The notes below the pieces were generated by a model that searched no databases, was not told where the DNA came from, and saw nothing but the letters and a program-made list of their open reading frames with translations. Position numbers and translations under genes: made by a program. Source: Squalus acanthias (taxonomy: Eukaryota). From it: a DNA stretch of 64,000 nt. This document shows positions 26,732-37,261 of the stretch, piece by piece (position 1 is the stretch's first letter; the number at the start of each line of letters is the position of its first letter). The stretch spans positions 104,348,001 through 104,412,000 of the forward strand of contig CM059431.1 of NCBI GenBank assembly GCA_030390025.1. Direction: 5' to 3'.

Positions 26732-27342
26732 AAAGTGAGACAAGTAAACCTGATAAATTTTTGTCAGGAGCAAAACTTCTTCAAGCAGGAAAACCTCAAA
26801 TGGGTCAAAACGCCTGTCTGCTTCTGTCAAAGTAACAAGGCAGCCGATAAAAACACCCAGGAAGTGCGCGCCTTTAAATAGCACTCCTGCAGCTCCCAGC
26901 CGACTGCAAACTGCCTCCTCTACCTGTCGTTCCTAAGGGCAGGCGCTGAGGCAGGGGGCGAGAATGAATTTCCGGTCCGGGGCGCTAACGGGACGATGCA
27001 CGCTCGGATGATGTCACGATCTCCGGGCGCAGGAGATCGTGGCGGTCGTGTTTAGCACCACCGCAAATTGGCAGGTGAATTTCACCGGCGGCGCTGACAT
27101 CGCCGCGCTCGGGCGGTAAGTTGTTAGCGCCCCCTGGAGGCGCTAACAGGAGGCGCTAACCAACCGAATTTCTCCCCCAAATTTTCGCCACCCATCTGGC
27201 TATCATACTGTTTACATGATTTCTGTTTGTCCCTAATAAACTGGCTTACAGGTGATCTCATTGCCTACTTACGTCAAAGTGTACATAACATGAAAGAGTG
27301 CTTGTGGACCCTTGACAGCCAATCAAGATCTTGAGCTATACG

Positions 27343-27490
27343 ACAGAAAACGTTCTGACGAAGGGTCATCGAGCTGAAACATTGACTCAGTTTCTCTCTC
27401 CACAGATGCTGCCTGACCCGCTGAGCGTTTCCAGCATTTTCTGTTTTTATTTCCAATTCCCAGCATCCGCAGTATTTTGCTTTTGTATGA
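27343..27490 (+). mobile_element. Penelope-type terminal repeat fragment with a hammerhead-ribozyme-like core
   Basis: CTGACGA (27355-27361), short stem-loop, GAAAC (27376-27380), followed by CACAGATGCTGCCTGACC..GCTGAG; related relics near 38420-38550, 39315-39400 and 62440-62520. Confidence 0.55.
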
Positions 27491-27631
27491 CAGAAAATGC
27501 ATTGGTCTTCCCCTTAATACCAGCCCTCTCCAGCTACCAGAAGCTGTTATCTATGTACTTGCATTAGTCATTTGAAATTATAATATCCAGTATATGGTGT
27601 ATGATAACGTTAGTAGACACAGCAATGCCAG

Positions 27632-27900
27632 TGGCGATTTTAACCCTACTCGCTCAGCAGAAACCTGGCAGGTGGGCAGTTAAAATCACCCCTGGCTCTT
27701 ACCTGTCCGAAAGCCGCCATGATCGCAACATCCGCAACTTTAACCTGCTCTCCCGAGCAGGCGGCAAGGACAGGCGGCCGGAGGCAACAGGGTCCTTCTT
27801 TACACAGGCATGTTGCGGCCCGATGACATCATGGAGACCCGACTGTAATTTTAACTCGGGCCTGAGCGGGGAATCCACCTGGAGTTAAAATCGGGGACCC
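27632..27900. mobile_element. Short TIR element related to family D
   Basis: Inverted ends CGATTTTAAC / GTTAAAATCG. Confidence 0.5.
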
Positions 27901-28394
27901 AGCTGCAGATCTCAGTCTGTTCCTTTGAATTTTCAATGACCAATTTTAAAACTTAAAAATTGAAGGAAGCATAACTTCAGAGATGATAGCTTGCATCAAA
28001 TGAATATGTTGTCTGCACAAATGCTAATGTGCGCTGTTAAACTACAGGACTGAGATTTTAAGAGGGGAAAGGCACAAGCATTTAAAATTTAAAAAAACCC
28101 AGAAAAGATAAGTCATCCACTGATGTCCATCTGAAATGCGTCATGAATAATTAAAGCTGTTGCTGAAGCCACTGACTAGTTTCAATGAAAATTTGTCAGC
28201 ATCCCAGCTGGTAATATGCATCTTCAAAATTGACATTATAAGCCACTTGCGAAGAGCACGAACTGTAAAAATGCAATTGGTCTGAAGATGGCAGCTTTGA
28301 TGTGTTTGGCCATCATGTTTGAGGGAGGGGCAATTGAAGATAAAACAATCATGGCAAATGACATGAAAAGCTCTCTTAGTTGCTGCCCCAGTTT

Positions 28395-28642
28395 CCATGG
28401 CTCCACCATTGGCGGCCGTGCCTTCAGCTGCCCGGGGCCCCAGGCTCTAGAACTCCCTCCCTAAACCTCTCCGCCTCTCTCCCTTCCTTTAAGACGCTCC
28501 TTGAAACCCACCTCTTTGACCAAGCTTTTAGTCACCTGCCCTAATATCTCCTATATTGCCCGGTGTCCAAGCTTTGTTTGATAATCGCTGCTGCGACGTT
28601 TTACTACGTTTAAGGCGCTATATAAATACAAGTTTTTGTTGC
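28395..28642 (+). mobile_element. L2-clade LINE 3' end
   Basis: Matches 5160-5462. Confidence 0.8.
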
Positions 28643-29180
28643 CCGGAGCTGTTGCTCCAACAGCAAATACAGTCAAGGTATATGAGTGCGTGCACAATAA
28701 TGTAGGTTGACTCAAATCAATGCCTATCAGTTTGGCAAATTTTGTTTATCAGATTAAGTATAGAGACTAAGCAAGTAATGGTCTTCATGGCAATGCATCA
28801 ACAAATTATTGACCTTAAGCTCTGTAGCTCATAAATCATAGCAGATTAACCATTGCTACTATTACAACAACTTGCAGTTGTACAACGCTCTTAACGTTAC
28901 AAAATGTCCCAACACGCTTGACATGGGAAAGAGACCTCCCGATGATTTGCCCCATATGGCAATGTGATGCAAATTTAAATGTTCTCATTCCTGCATTATA
29001 CTGGTCATTTATACTGGCCTGTGATGTAAGAAAACTACTAGGCACTTGGTCTAAGCATTAAACAAGGCTTTAATCAACTGGTTTTCAACATGGAGATCTA
29101 GTTGTGTCCTTCACTGGTTCCTGTTAAAGAACGTCCTAAGCAAGCTGGGCCCGTGCCCAAGTATTTATACTCTCCCTGGA

Positions 29181-29199
29181 CAGCGCCACCAGCAGGCCA
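29181..29199 (-). promoter_or_regulatory. Candidate CTCF site
   Basis: Minus strand TGGCCTGCTGGTGGCGCTG resembles the CTCF core TGGCCACCAGGGGGCGCTA; lies in non-repeat sequence. Confidence 0.4.
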
Positions 29200-30005
29200 C
29201 CCAGAATTATTCCATAAGTCATTTCCACATGAATGACAAGATTCATGTCAGCCTGTATTTTCCGACCCCCACGGGTGCGTACGAGCTGCGTGCACACCCG
29301 TAGGGGCCTCGCAAGTGCCGGTTTCAGGCATGCCAAGCGCATGCGCTGAAAACCGGCACTTCCGATCTCTGAAGAATTCTCTTGACAGATCCTCCGCCTG
29401 CCTGGGAGAAGGGCCTCTGCGGGGGGGTGGGGAGAGTTTTGCTTTCTGCAGAACCTCCGCCCGCTGAAAACCTTTAAAAATCTTACGCCTGGTAAAAATC
29501 TGTGCAAGGCCTGCTTTTACCAGCATAAGAGTTTAAAAAAGAAAAAAAAGAAAAAAAAATTCACTCAGTTATAATTTAAAAATACTTTTAAAAAAGGTAA
29601 GTTTATTTTTAGCCCCGCAAAAAACTTTAATTTTTTTTCAAAAGATTAAATTTTTGTTTAAAATATTTAATTTAATGTAATTTTAACTAATTTTAAATAT
29701 GTGATTAAAAAAATATATATTTAGGGGTAAAAATTCACTTGGTTGCGCCTCCCGTTAGCGCCTTAAGAGGGCGCTAATGGGGCGTTAAGCCGCTAACGCC
29801 CGAGCGCAGCGCTGTTTGCGCCGCTCGAGAACTTAACTTGAGATTGTGCGGCGGCGCTAAAACTTACTGCTGCGACCACCTGCGCGCGCAGATTGTGACG
29901 TCATTCCATGGTGCAACGCCCTTGGGGCGCCCCGGTGCGGAAATTGAGTGGCGCCCCCTGCCTTACCGCCTGGCGCTTCCAACGACCGGAAGACTGGAAC
30001 GTTAT

Positions 30006-30287
30006 CATAGAAACATAGAAACATAGAATCTAGGAGCAGGAGTAGGCCATTCGGCCCGTCGAGCCTGCTCCACCATTCAATACGATCATGGCTGATCATC
30101 CAAATCCAGTACCCTGTCCCTGCTTTAATCCCCACAGTACACATATCCCACCCTACCCCCGTAACCCCACGTATTTAATTCCCCCTAACATATCCCATCC
30201 TATCCCCATAACCCCACATATTTAATACCCCCCTAACACTAAGGGTCAATTTATCATAGCCACATCAACCTAACCCGCACATTTTTG
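30006..30287 (-). mobile_element. 5'-truncated HE1-like SINE inside the Harbinger element
   Basis: Near-identical to 37262-37520; CATAGAAA repeat tail; GTTATCA duplicated on both sides. Confidence 0.82.
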
Positions 30288-30522
30288 GTTATCAATCGGT
30301 GTGGGGCTGGGGGGGGCGCTATTTAAAGGGGGCCTCTTCCTGTCTTTTTCTGTGGTCGACATTTATGCACCACTCGTTCTGAGAGAGAGAGAGAGATTCG
30401 GAGAGAGAGAGAGAGAGACTTCTACATTGACTCAACGCTTTGTGAGGTAGTTTTGCCTAGTTCATCCTAACTTTGTTGCTACTTTAGTTGCTGTACCTCA
30501 TTACTTTTCTGGCAAAGAGAAT

Positions 30523-31686
30523 ATGGGGGCTGCAATGATTGGGGGCGTCGTCCTGCTCCAGCTGAATCGGAGGATACGGAGACGCAGACAGAGAGTGGCA
30601 ATGATGGCCAGACGGAGGAGGGCCATCAGGCGCATGTACAGGAGAGCTTACCCTCCCAGGGTATATCGTGAACAGCTCTCCTACATCCATATGTCCGAGG
30701 AGCTGTGTTTGCGAAGGCTGCGATTCAGCAAGGAGGTGGTCACTGAGCTCTGCCACCTGCTGCAGCCAGATCTGCAGCCTCAGCTGAGGTCCAGGACGTC
30801 TCTGTCGGTGGCAGTGAAGGTCACAGTGGCTTTGAACTTCTACGCCACTGGCTCATTCCAAGCTGCTGTTGGGGACCTCGCCAATATCTCCCAGTTTGCG
30901 GTGCATCGCTGCATCCGGCAGGTCACCAATGCCCTCTTCAGAAGGAGACGAGACTTCATCTCTTTCCCTATGACCCCAGACAAGCAGCGTGACCGTGCTC
31001 TGGGCTTTGCGAGGGTAGCAGGCTTCCCCATGGTGCAGGGCGCCATTGACTGCACGCATGTGGCTTTGCGTGCTCCGCGAGAGAATGCAGAGGAATTCAG
31101 GAACAGAAAGGGGTTCCATTCCTTGAATGTGCAGTTGGTCTGTGACCACAGACAGGTGATACTCGCTGTCAATGCCCACTATCCGGGCAGCTGCCACGAT
31201 GCTTTCATCCTGCGCCAGACTACTGTGGCAGAGGTTTTCGAGGCACCGCATCAGCCAGTTGGTTGGCTTCTGGGGGACAAGGGGTACGCATTGAGCACCT
31301 GGCTGATGACACCGCTCCGTACGCCAAACACCCGTGCTGAGCTGCGGTACAATGAAAGCCATCAAGCAACCAGGAACATTATTGAGCGCACAATCGGCAT
31401 GCTGAAACAACGGTTCCGCTGTCTGGACCATTCCGGAGGAGCCCTGCAGTACTCGCCTGAGCAAGTTTCGAACTTCGTAGTCGTGTGCTGCATGTTGCAC
31501 AACATGGCAATCCTCAGGACCCAGCCAATGCCACCAGGCCTTGTAGCACCACCAGAGGAGGAGGAGGAGGAAGAGGAGGAAGAGGACGAGGACGATGATC
31601 ATCAGCAGCACCAAGGCGGGAGGGCGGCCCACAATGGTCAAACTGCAAGGGCCGTCCATCAACGACTAATAGCAAGCCGCTTCTAG
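30523..31686 (+). CDS. Harbinger DDE transposase (HARBI1-like nuclease), intact 387 aa
   Basis: Uninterrupted ATG-to-stop ORF with GAIDCTHV (D), FRNRKGFHSLNVQLVCD, PGSCHDAFI, LLGDKGY (D), IIERTIGMLKQRFRCL (E) and CCMLHN; Arg-rich N-terminus and acidic tail. Confidence 0.93.
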   Translation: MGAAMIGGVVLLQLNRRIRRRRQRVAMMARRRRAIRRMYRRAYPPRVYREQLSYIHMSEELCLRRLRFSKEVVTELCHLLQPDLQPQLRSRTSLSVAVKVTVALNFYATGSFQAAVGDLANISQFAVHRCIRQVTNALFRRRRDFISFPMTPDKQRDRALGFARVAGFPMVQGAIDCTHVALRAPRENAEEFRNRKGFHSLNVQLVCDHRQVILAVNAHYPGSCHDAFILRQTTVAEVFEAPHQPVGWLLGDKGYALSTWLMTPLRTPNTRAELRYNESHQATRNIIERTIGMLKQRFRCLDHSGGALQYSPEQVSNFVVVCCMLHNMAILRTQPMPPGLVAPPEEEEEEEEEEDEDDDHQQHQGGRAAHNGQTARAVHQRLIASRF

Positions 31687-31980
31687 GGCCCCTGCCATTG
31701 CTACAAACACTAATCAACCCAGCACGCAACCCCTAAGCCGGCCAAGGCACCAATAATTCCAACCACCAGCCATGTATATTTTGAATACAGAAACTTATTT
31801 ATTTTACAAACTCTGTGTGTGTCAATTCCTCATGACAAACTCATAGAAATAAACACAAAAAAACAGTCAATAACATAACTGGTTCTCACAACCTGGAGAT
31901 AATGTCCAAAACACTAAACAAAAGTTGGACCATGAACCTCGGCCTTTAATAAAAAAATGACCAGCATTTTGGCACACCTC

Positions 31981-33783
31981 CTACTTTTTGCCCTTCGAGG
32001 GTGATCTCCTTCCCTTGCGCACTTCCCCCCTTCTAACCCTACTGCTCCTCCGTAATGGGACCTCAGTGGCTGCAGCAAGGCTGGTGGAAGGCTGCTGCTC
32101 GTCAGACCCTGACACTGCAGATGCCCCTGAAGGACGGCCTCGACCACTTCTGGGCCTGGAGGGCCCGGCTGCAGACTGCACCAACTCTGCATGGGCGGCA
32201 GCAGTCTGTCCTACAGGCGGTGGCAAGTGCAGTGGAGAAGTGACAGTGTTGGCAGCAGGAATGCTGTCATCGTGAGAGAGGACAGCAACTCCCTGCTCGC
32301 CCGACACACTGGCACTCCCACGGGGCAGCACTTCAGCATCCGGAGCAATCTGCCGGAGAACAGATTGCTGGCCTGCTGCGGCGCGGTGACAGCCCCGGGG
32401 ACATGTGCACGAACCATCGAGGTTGGCAGCAGTCTGTGCTCGCGTGGCCTCCATCTGAGTCTGTATGAGAGCAGTCAGAGGTGGGATCACGGCAGCCAGT
32501 GACTGAATTGCAGCACTAAGCGTTAGTGTGGCATCCGCCTGTGCTACAGCGAAGTGCTCCACACTCCTTGCCAGTGACTCAATGCAATCGGGCACCCTTC
32601 CCACTGCACCCATGAGCTCAGTGTGCATGCCCACCGCCTGGGTGTTCATTTCTGCAATCAGCCGCTCCTCCTCTGCGTCCATTGCAGTAGGAGTGTCTGG
32701 CATACTCTCCCTCTGGGGAGAAGGCCCCCGTTCTTCCCTACCCCCCCCATGGCGTTGCTGCAGCCCGCTGGGTCCTGGAGCTTCACCATCATCAGCCCCT
32801 TCCCCCCTGCTCCCCTCCGGGGAAGGCGTGTTCCCAGTGTGGGCATGGGCTTCCTCGGGAGAGGGTGGCACTGATGCTCCGGCTTCCTCTTCCTCCTCAG
32901 CTGCAGCATCACTCCCAGTGGCAGCTTCAGGGCCCGTCTCCTCAGCTGGTGAATCACCATCTGAAAGCAGGGAGGTACAAGAGTGGCTTTAGCGTGAGGA
33001 CAGGGTGGCAGTAAGGGAGGAATAAGTGCAGCGAGTTAGCAAGTTGGATTGAAAGTGTCAAAGGCTGGTATTGTGAGGGACAAGTGGAAGGACAGAGGAC
33101 AAAAAGGTGATGACCTTACCATTGCTGTCCACAACGGGGTCGGCGTCTCCAGTGGCGACGGGACCGATCACCCGGCTTGCCACAATCCTGTGGACGCGCT
33201 CCTCCAGATCGCTGAGGGGTTGCAGCTGAAGCCGCCCTCCACCCGTCCGTTGCTGCTGTCTCCGATTATGAGCCAGCTTAGCCTGCAAGAAAAAGGACAG
33301 CATCTGAGTAAATATACAGCCATGGTCTTGCCTGATGTGCCTCCCATAGGTGAATAGCCCTTACAATATACAGCCATGGTCTTGCCTGATGTGCCTCCCA
33401 TAGGTGAATAGCCCTTACTGTATGCATAGTGTGGAATGTGTGTGTGTGTTTGATGAAAGGGCCATAGGTGTTGGATGAGTGTTGTGCATTGGGGTTTTAA
33501 GACCCTCTGGCCATAGAGTGAGGTTGAGATGGAGGGATGGAGAGGTATTGAGAAAAAGCCACTCACCCTGACGACCCGAGTGAGGTCGTTGAACTTTTTT
33601 CGGCATTGAACATGGGTCCTGGGCACCATGCTCCTGGAGGAGACGCTCTGAGCCACCTCCCTCCACACTCTTCTGAACTCGCGTGGCAAAGGCCTCCTGC
33701 CACTCTCCGGGAACAGCATGCATCGTCTGTGCATCCAAGGCCCGCTCAGTGAAGCGATGAGCGCGTTCTCTCACCCTCTCCGT
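31981..33783 (-). pseudogene. Harbinger Myb/SANT-like protein gene, 3 exons (about 33783-33567, 33282-33120, 32960-31981)
   Basis: RERAHRFTERAL...WREVAQSVSSRSMVPRTHVQCRKKFNDLTR; GT-AG introns in phase 0 and 1; exons 2 and 3 open. Exon 1 has an approximately 20-nt frameshifting deletion relative to the 21672 copy, and ACG where ATG is expected. Confidence 0.85.
33311..33418. repeat. Perfect 54-bp tandem duplication in intron 1 of the Myb-like gene
   Basis: AATATACAGCCATGGTCTTGCCTGATGTGCCTCCCATAGGTGAATAGCCCTTAC x2. Confidence 0.92.
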
Positions 33784-34649
33784 GCTTGGCAGCAAAATGG
33801 ATTACAGGTCTCTCCAGGCTGAGATTCAAGGCTGCAATGAGCAGGGTGTGGCTGGGGAGCAAGTGCCCCCCCCCGCTTTAAGAAGTGTCCGGCGCCAGTG
33901 TGTCTGTGTTCCCTCGCTAACTGGCAGCAGCTGCGCTGCGCTCGTGCGCTGAGTTAGCACCTCACTCCTTGGCCTTTGCGCCTTAAGAGAGGTGTGCAGC
34001 GCCTACTTTAGCGCTCCACTCACCTCCCGGGGCGGTAAAAGTGAAGTTTCCTGTCAGTGCCGATAATTAGCGCCAGGCGCTAATATTTGCATCCGGACGA
34101 TATTTGCGCCCCAAATGGGGCGCGACCTAATTTCTACCCCTTAATGTTTTAGTGTGTTTTTTGAGTGATCCCCATTCATACTTTTGACAGATCTGTGCGG
34201 AGAAACCTGTCAAAAGTGTGAAGGGGGATGCCCTTCTTTGATTGGCTCCCCATGGCCCACGTGATCCCAGGGACGCTCGCGAACCGCTTGCCTGCGCCCC
34301 TGGGATACCTGGGCCTCTGCGGCGCGCACCAGGAGAGGCCCAGGATTGGAAGTGTCGGGACCTATGGAGCCAGCAGGTAAGTGCATAGATTTTTTTCCAG
34401 ATCGGAGGCCTCTGCCCGCAGGAAGCCTCTGATCGGAAAATCTGGCCCATTGAATATCTATCCAGTGGTTGTTTATCCATGGGAAAGTTTAATTTTGTAC
34501 AGTTTTATCCAGTTACAGCCTTTTATGTCATTCAATTGCCATATTAAAGAGATGGAAATTACAGTTACTTTCAAAGGGCAAGTAGGTCTCACTTTGGATT
34601 TTTTTTTGGTGTCAATGTTCTTCCATTTTCTTTCTTTCTCTTCTCCTGC

Positions 34650-35030
34650 AGGTGTTGGTTCCAGTTGGGCACAGTTCACCCTGGTCCCTCACCCAAGAGG
34701 CCATTCCTCTTGTCTGAGCTTAGTCAGGGAGGGCTGGAAAACTACTTCATCACGGGGTGTCACAGCTGAGCCCAGTATTATCCTCACTGGACGTCCATGC
34801 ATGCTCACCTTCCAACTGTTGTCACTGAATTGAAATCAAGAGAGGGAAGCTTGGCCAGTTATCCCTTCGCCAAGTTCAGAGATGTTGGCATGTAAGATGT
34901 AATGCCCCCTCCCCCCGCCTTTGGCACTTTAGCTGAGATCAGATAGCTTCAGTACAGACCAGGAGGTGAACATTTTGGTCATTGTAACTCAGTTACCTAA
35001 CTCTGACCAGAAACTGAGATCCCACGGAAG
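34650..35030 (-). mobile_element. Old SINE relic, LF-SINE-like
   Basis: Minus-strand blocks CCTGGTCTGTACTGAAGCTATCTGATCTCAGC, GGCTCAGCTGTGACACC and GAATGGCCTCTTGGGTGAGG recall LF-SINE; recognised from memory only. Confidence 0.4.
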
Positions 35031-35059
35031 CCTCGTGCCATTTTTATCCTCGCCAATGT

Positions 35060-35440
35060 GGTGTCAGCCATGATTCAGTGGATAGCACTCTTGCCTCTGG
35101 GTCTAGAAGGCTGTGGCTTCAAGTCCTGCTCCAGGGAACTTGAGCGCAAATTCTAGGTTCCCAGTGTAGTACTGAGGGAGTGCTGTACTGTCAGAGGTGC
35201 AGTCTTTCAGATGAGATGCTAAACTGAGGCCCCGTCTGCCCTCTCAATGTAAAAGATCCAGTGACGCTCAACCAGCATCACTGAAAACAGATTATCTGGT
35301 CATTATCACATTGCTGTTTGTGAGAGCTTGACTGCCGTATTTCTTACATTACAACAGTGACTACACTTCAAAAAGTACTTCATTGTCTGTAAAGCGCTTT
35401 GGGACCTGACCTGATGTTGTGAAAGGCGCAGCATGAAGTC
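35060..35440 (+). mobile_element. DeuSINE-like SINE with an internal deletion
   Basis: tRNA-like head and L2-like tail; matches 41398-41860. Confidence 0.78.
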
Positions 35441-36245
35441 TTTCTTCCTTCAACACAGGCAGAAAAAAAGGGAAAAGTAAGATGTTAGGCTGATGACTGA
35501 CTTAGTTTTACTTCATGTCAACACAGTCTCAACAGCATTGGAAAGACAGGGAGGACAAAAATGCTTGAAACTAGTTCCAATATTCATTTACCATTAACAG
35601 CAGGTGAAAAACAAGTTTGTGGACTGCTTCCAGTTTTCTTGCACAGGTATTTTATTTTCTTGTACCGATATGGTGCTGTTTAGTAATCATTTTCATTGTA
35701 AATAAGGTTGCTCAGTAAGCGATGTAGTGGGCACCCTATGTGTTCTCCAGTAAGCACTTGCCCGTGATTAGAGCTCGTTGCCTGTCTTGGGCTGGACTCA
35801 CGCAGTGCAAGCAGGGACCCGCTCCTGACTTGAAACTGTCGAGCTAGTTACATGAGGGAAAAAGTGTCGGGAAACTGTAACAGTGTCAAGTAGAGCTGAA
35901 AATAGCGCACGGAGGAATTTCAATCCCCTGCTTTACTGAAGCTTCCCAATGTCTTAAATGGAGAAAGTGAAACCGTTTTTGCTATTGAAAATGAATTTGA
36001 ATGACTATGTAAACCCCCTTGTGATGTGGAAAACATAATTCATTGTGGTTGCTACTTGCCCAAGAATATTTACCATAATCCTTCTATTTTAGTGTTTGGA
36101 TTATATTTTTTTGTGCGCTGGCAGAAAAGTTAAAGGTTTGAAAGAAGATGTTCGCTGCAAGTTTTAGCAATGTTTATATTTCTATTGGTTATTACCAAAA
36201 ACTGTGTTATGGATCTTGAGGCTAAGTTTTTTTTGGCTTCTGTAG

Positions 36246-36310
36246 GATCACGGGGATTATGATTTGACATCATCGCTCTTGACAGCCATTCAGAAAGCGT
36301 TGACAGAAAC
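36246..36310 (+). CDS. Candidate internal exon of an unidentified host gene (DHGDYDLTSSLLTAIQKALTE)
   Basis: T-rich acceptor TTTTTTGGCTTCTGTAG, donor GTAATC, only one open frame, unique sequence. Confidence 0.45.
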
Positions 36311-36589
36311 GTAATCATTCTGTTCCATTTGTGATTAAAAACTATTCTGGCATTCGAGAAATCTGATCTAGATAGCTTGATGGCTCTGGGGGTGGGCTAA
36401 AAAAAACTGTCAACAGAACGGCTGCCAAACACTGTAGGAAGGGCCGTGCTACATCACATTGCTATCCTTTGTAAGACTGAGGGGCAGTCAAGACAGAAGT
36501 ACCATCTTACTACAAATAATCTTCAAGCAGATGCAAAAGTCTTCATTCAGTGATAGAGGAAATTGTTTTTGTGAATTTGCCATCTTTAT

Positions 36590-36806
36590 CAGGAGGGTTA
36601 TGAATCTTTGTAATCCTTTACCCCCAGAGGGTTGTGGAGGCTCAGTCGTTGAGTATATTCAAGACACAGATCGATAGACTTTTGGATATTAAGGGAATCA
36701 AGAGATATGGGGATAGTGCGGGAAGGGGAGTTGAGGTCGAAGATCAGCCATGATCTTATTGAATGGCGGAGCTGGCTACTCCTGCTCCTATTTCTTATGT
36801 TCTTAT
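36590..36806 (+). mobile_element. CR1 3' end
   Basis: Matches the tails at 11270-11492 and 15780-16006. Confidence 0.8.
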
Positions 36807-37261
36807 CAGACCAATGAATATGTCTACAAAAAAATTGAGTTCATAATAAACTCATGAATGATAAAATTGCTTCCTCTCAAATACAATCATTTAACTAAAG
36901 TCAAAACTTCACATTTGCGATCGTACTTAATGTAGCACATGTGCTACATTAGGAATCTTTGATGAATTAGCCTATCAAAATTTCTCCTGTGAGGAGTATA
37001 AAACGAGACATCACTGAACATCAACCCTTTGACTTGGCTGAGGCAAAAGAGGTGAGAAACGCCATAGTGAGTTTCAAACGTATTTAATCCCGGAAGTTTT
37101 AGGAAAATGTCCTACAATTTTCGCTGTAGAACTCTAAAAGTAACTCTAAGAAGCTCAGTGAAGATAGGGTTCAACAATACTGGTGGGGAATATCAGATCT
37201 TGGTCAGTCTTTGGTCACTCCTTACGAGCCAATACAAGTGTCCTTTCTTGGCAGGTTGTTA

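Larger units (their letters stand above)
21319..27178 (-). mobile_element. PIF/Harbinger two-gene DNA transposon, inactivated copy containing a solo LTR
   Basis: TIR GGGGGGAAAATTCGGT / ACCGAATTTCTCCCCC; convergent Myb-like and transposase genes; colinear with 29724-34140 in reverse. No clean TSD (ATT/AAA). Confidence 0.9.
29724..34140 (+). mobile_element. PIF/Harbinger two-gene DNA transposon, full length
   Basis: TIR GGGGTAAAAATT / AATTTCTACCCC; perfect TSD TTA (29721-29723 and 34141-34143); convergent transposase and Myb-like genes. Confidence 0.94.
29250..34448. mobile_element. Family B MITE split by the full-length Harbinger element (halves 29250-29723 and 34141-34448)
   Basis: The joined halves match the reverse complement of 52726-53447 and 39822-40567. 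Confidence 0.85.

Noticed and set aside
28674..28680. Possible tiny + strand exon ending at AAG/GTATAT
   Set aside because: Weak acceptor abutting an L2 tail; such short matches are expected by chance.
30379..30418. (GA)n microsatellite
   Set aside because: Ordinary expansion of a short GA tract also present in the related end near 13280.
30853..31662. 269-aa antisense ORF over the transposase
   Set aside because: Shadow frame; broken in the second copy and with no recognisable domain.
30523..31686. Domesticated host gene HARBI1
   Set aside because: The ORF lies within TIRs and a TSD, with a Myb partner and a decayed paralogous element nearby, so it is a transposon gene; no symbol assigned.
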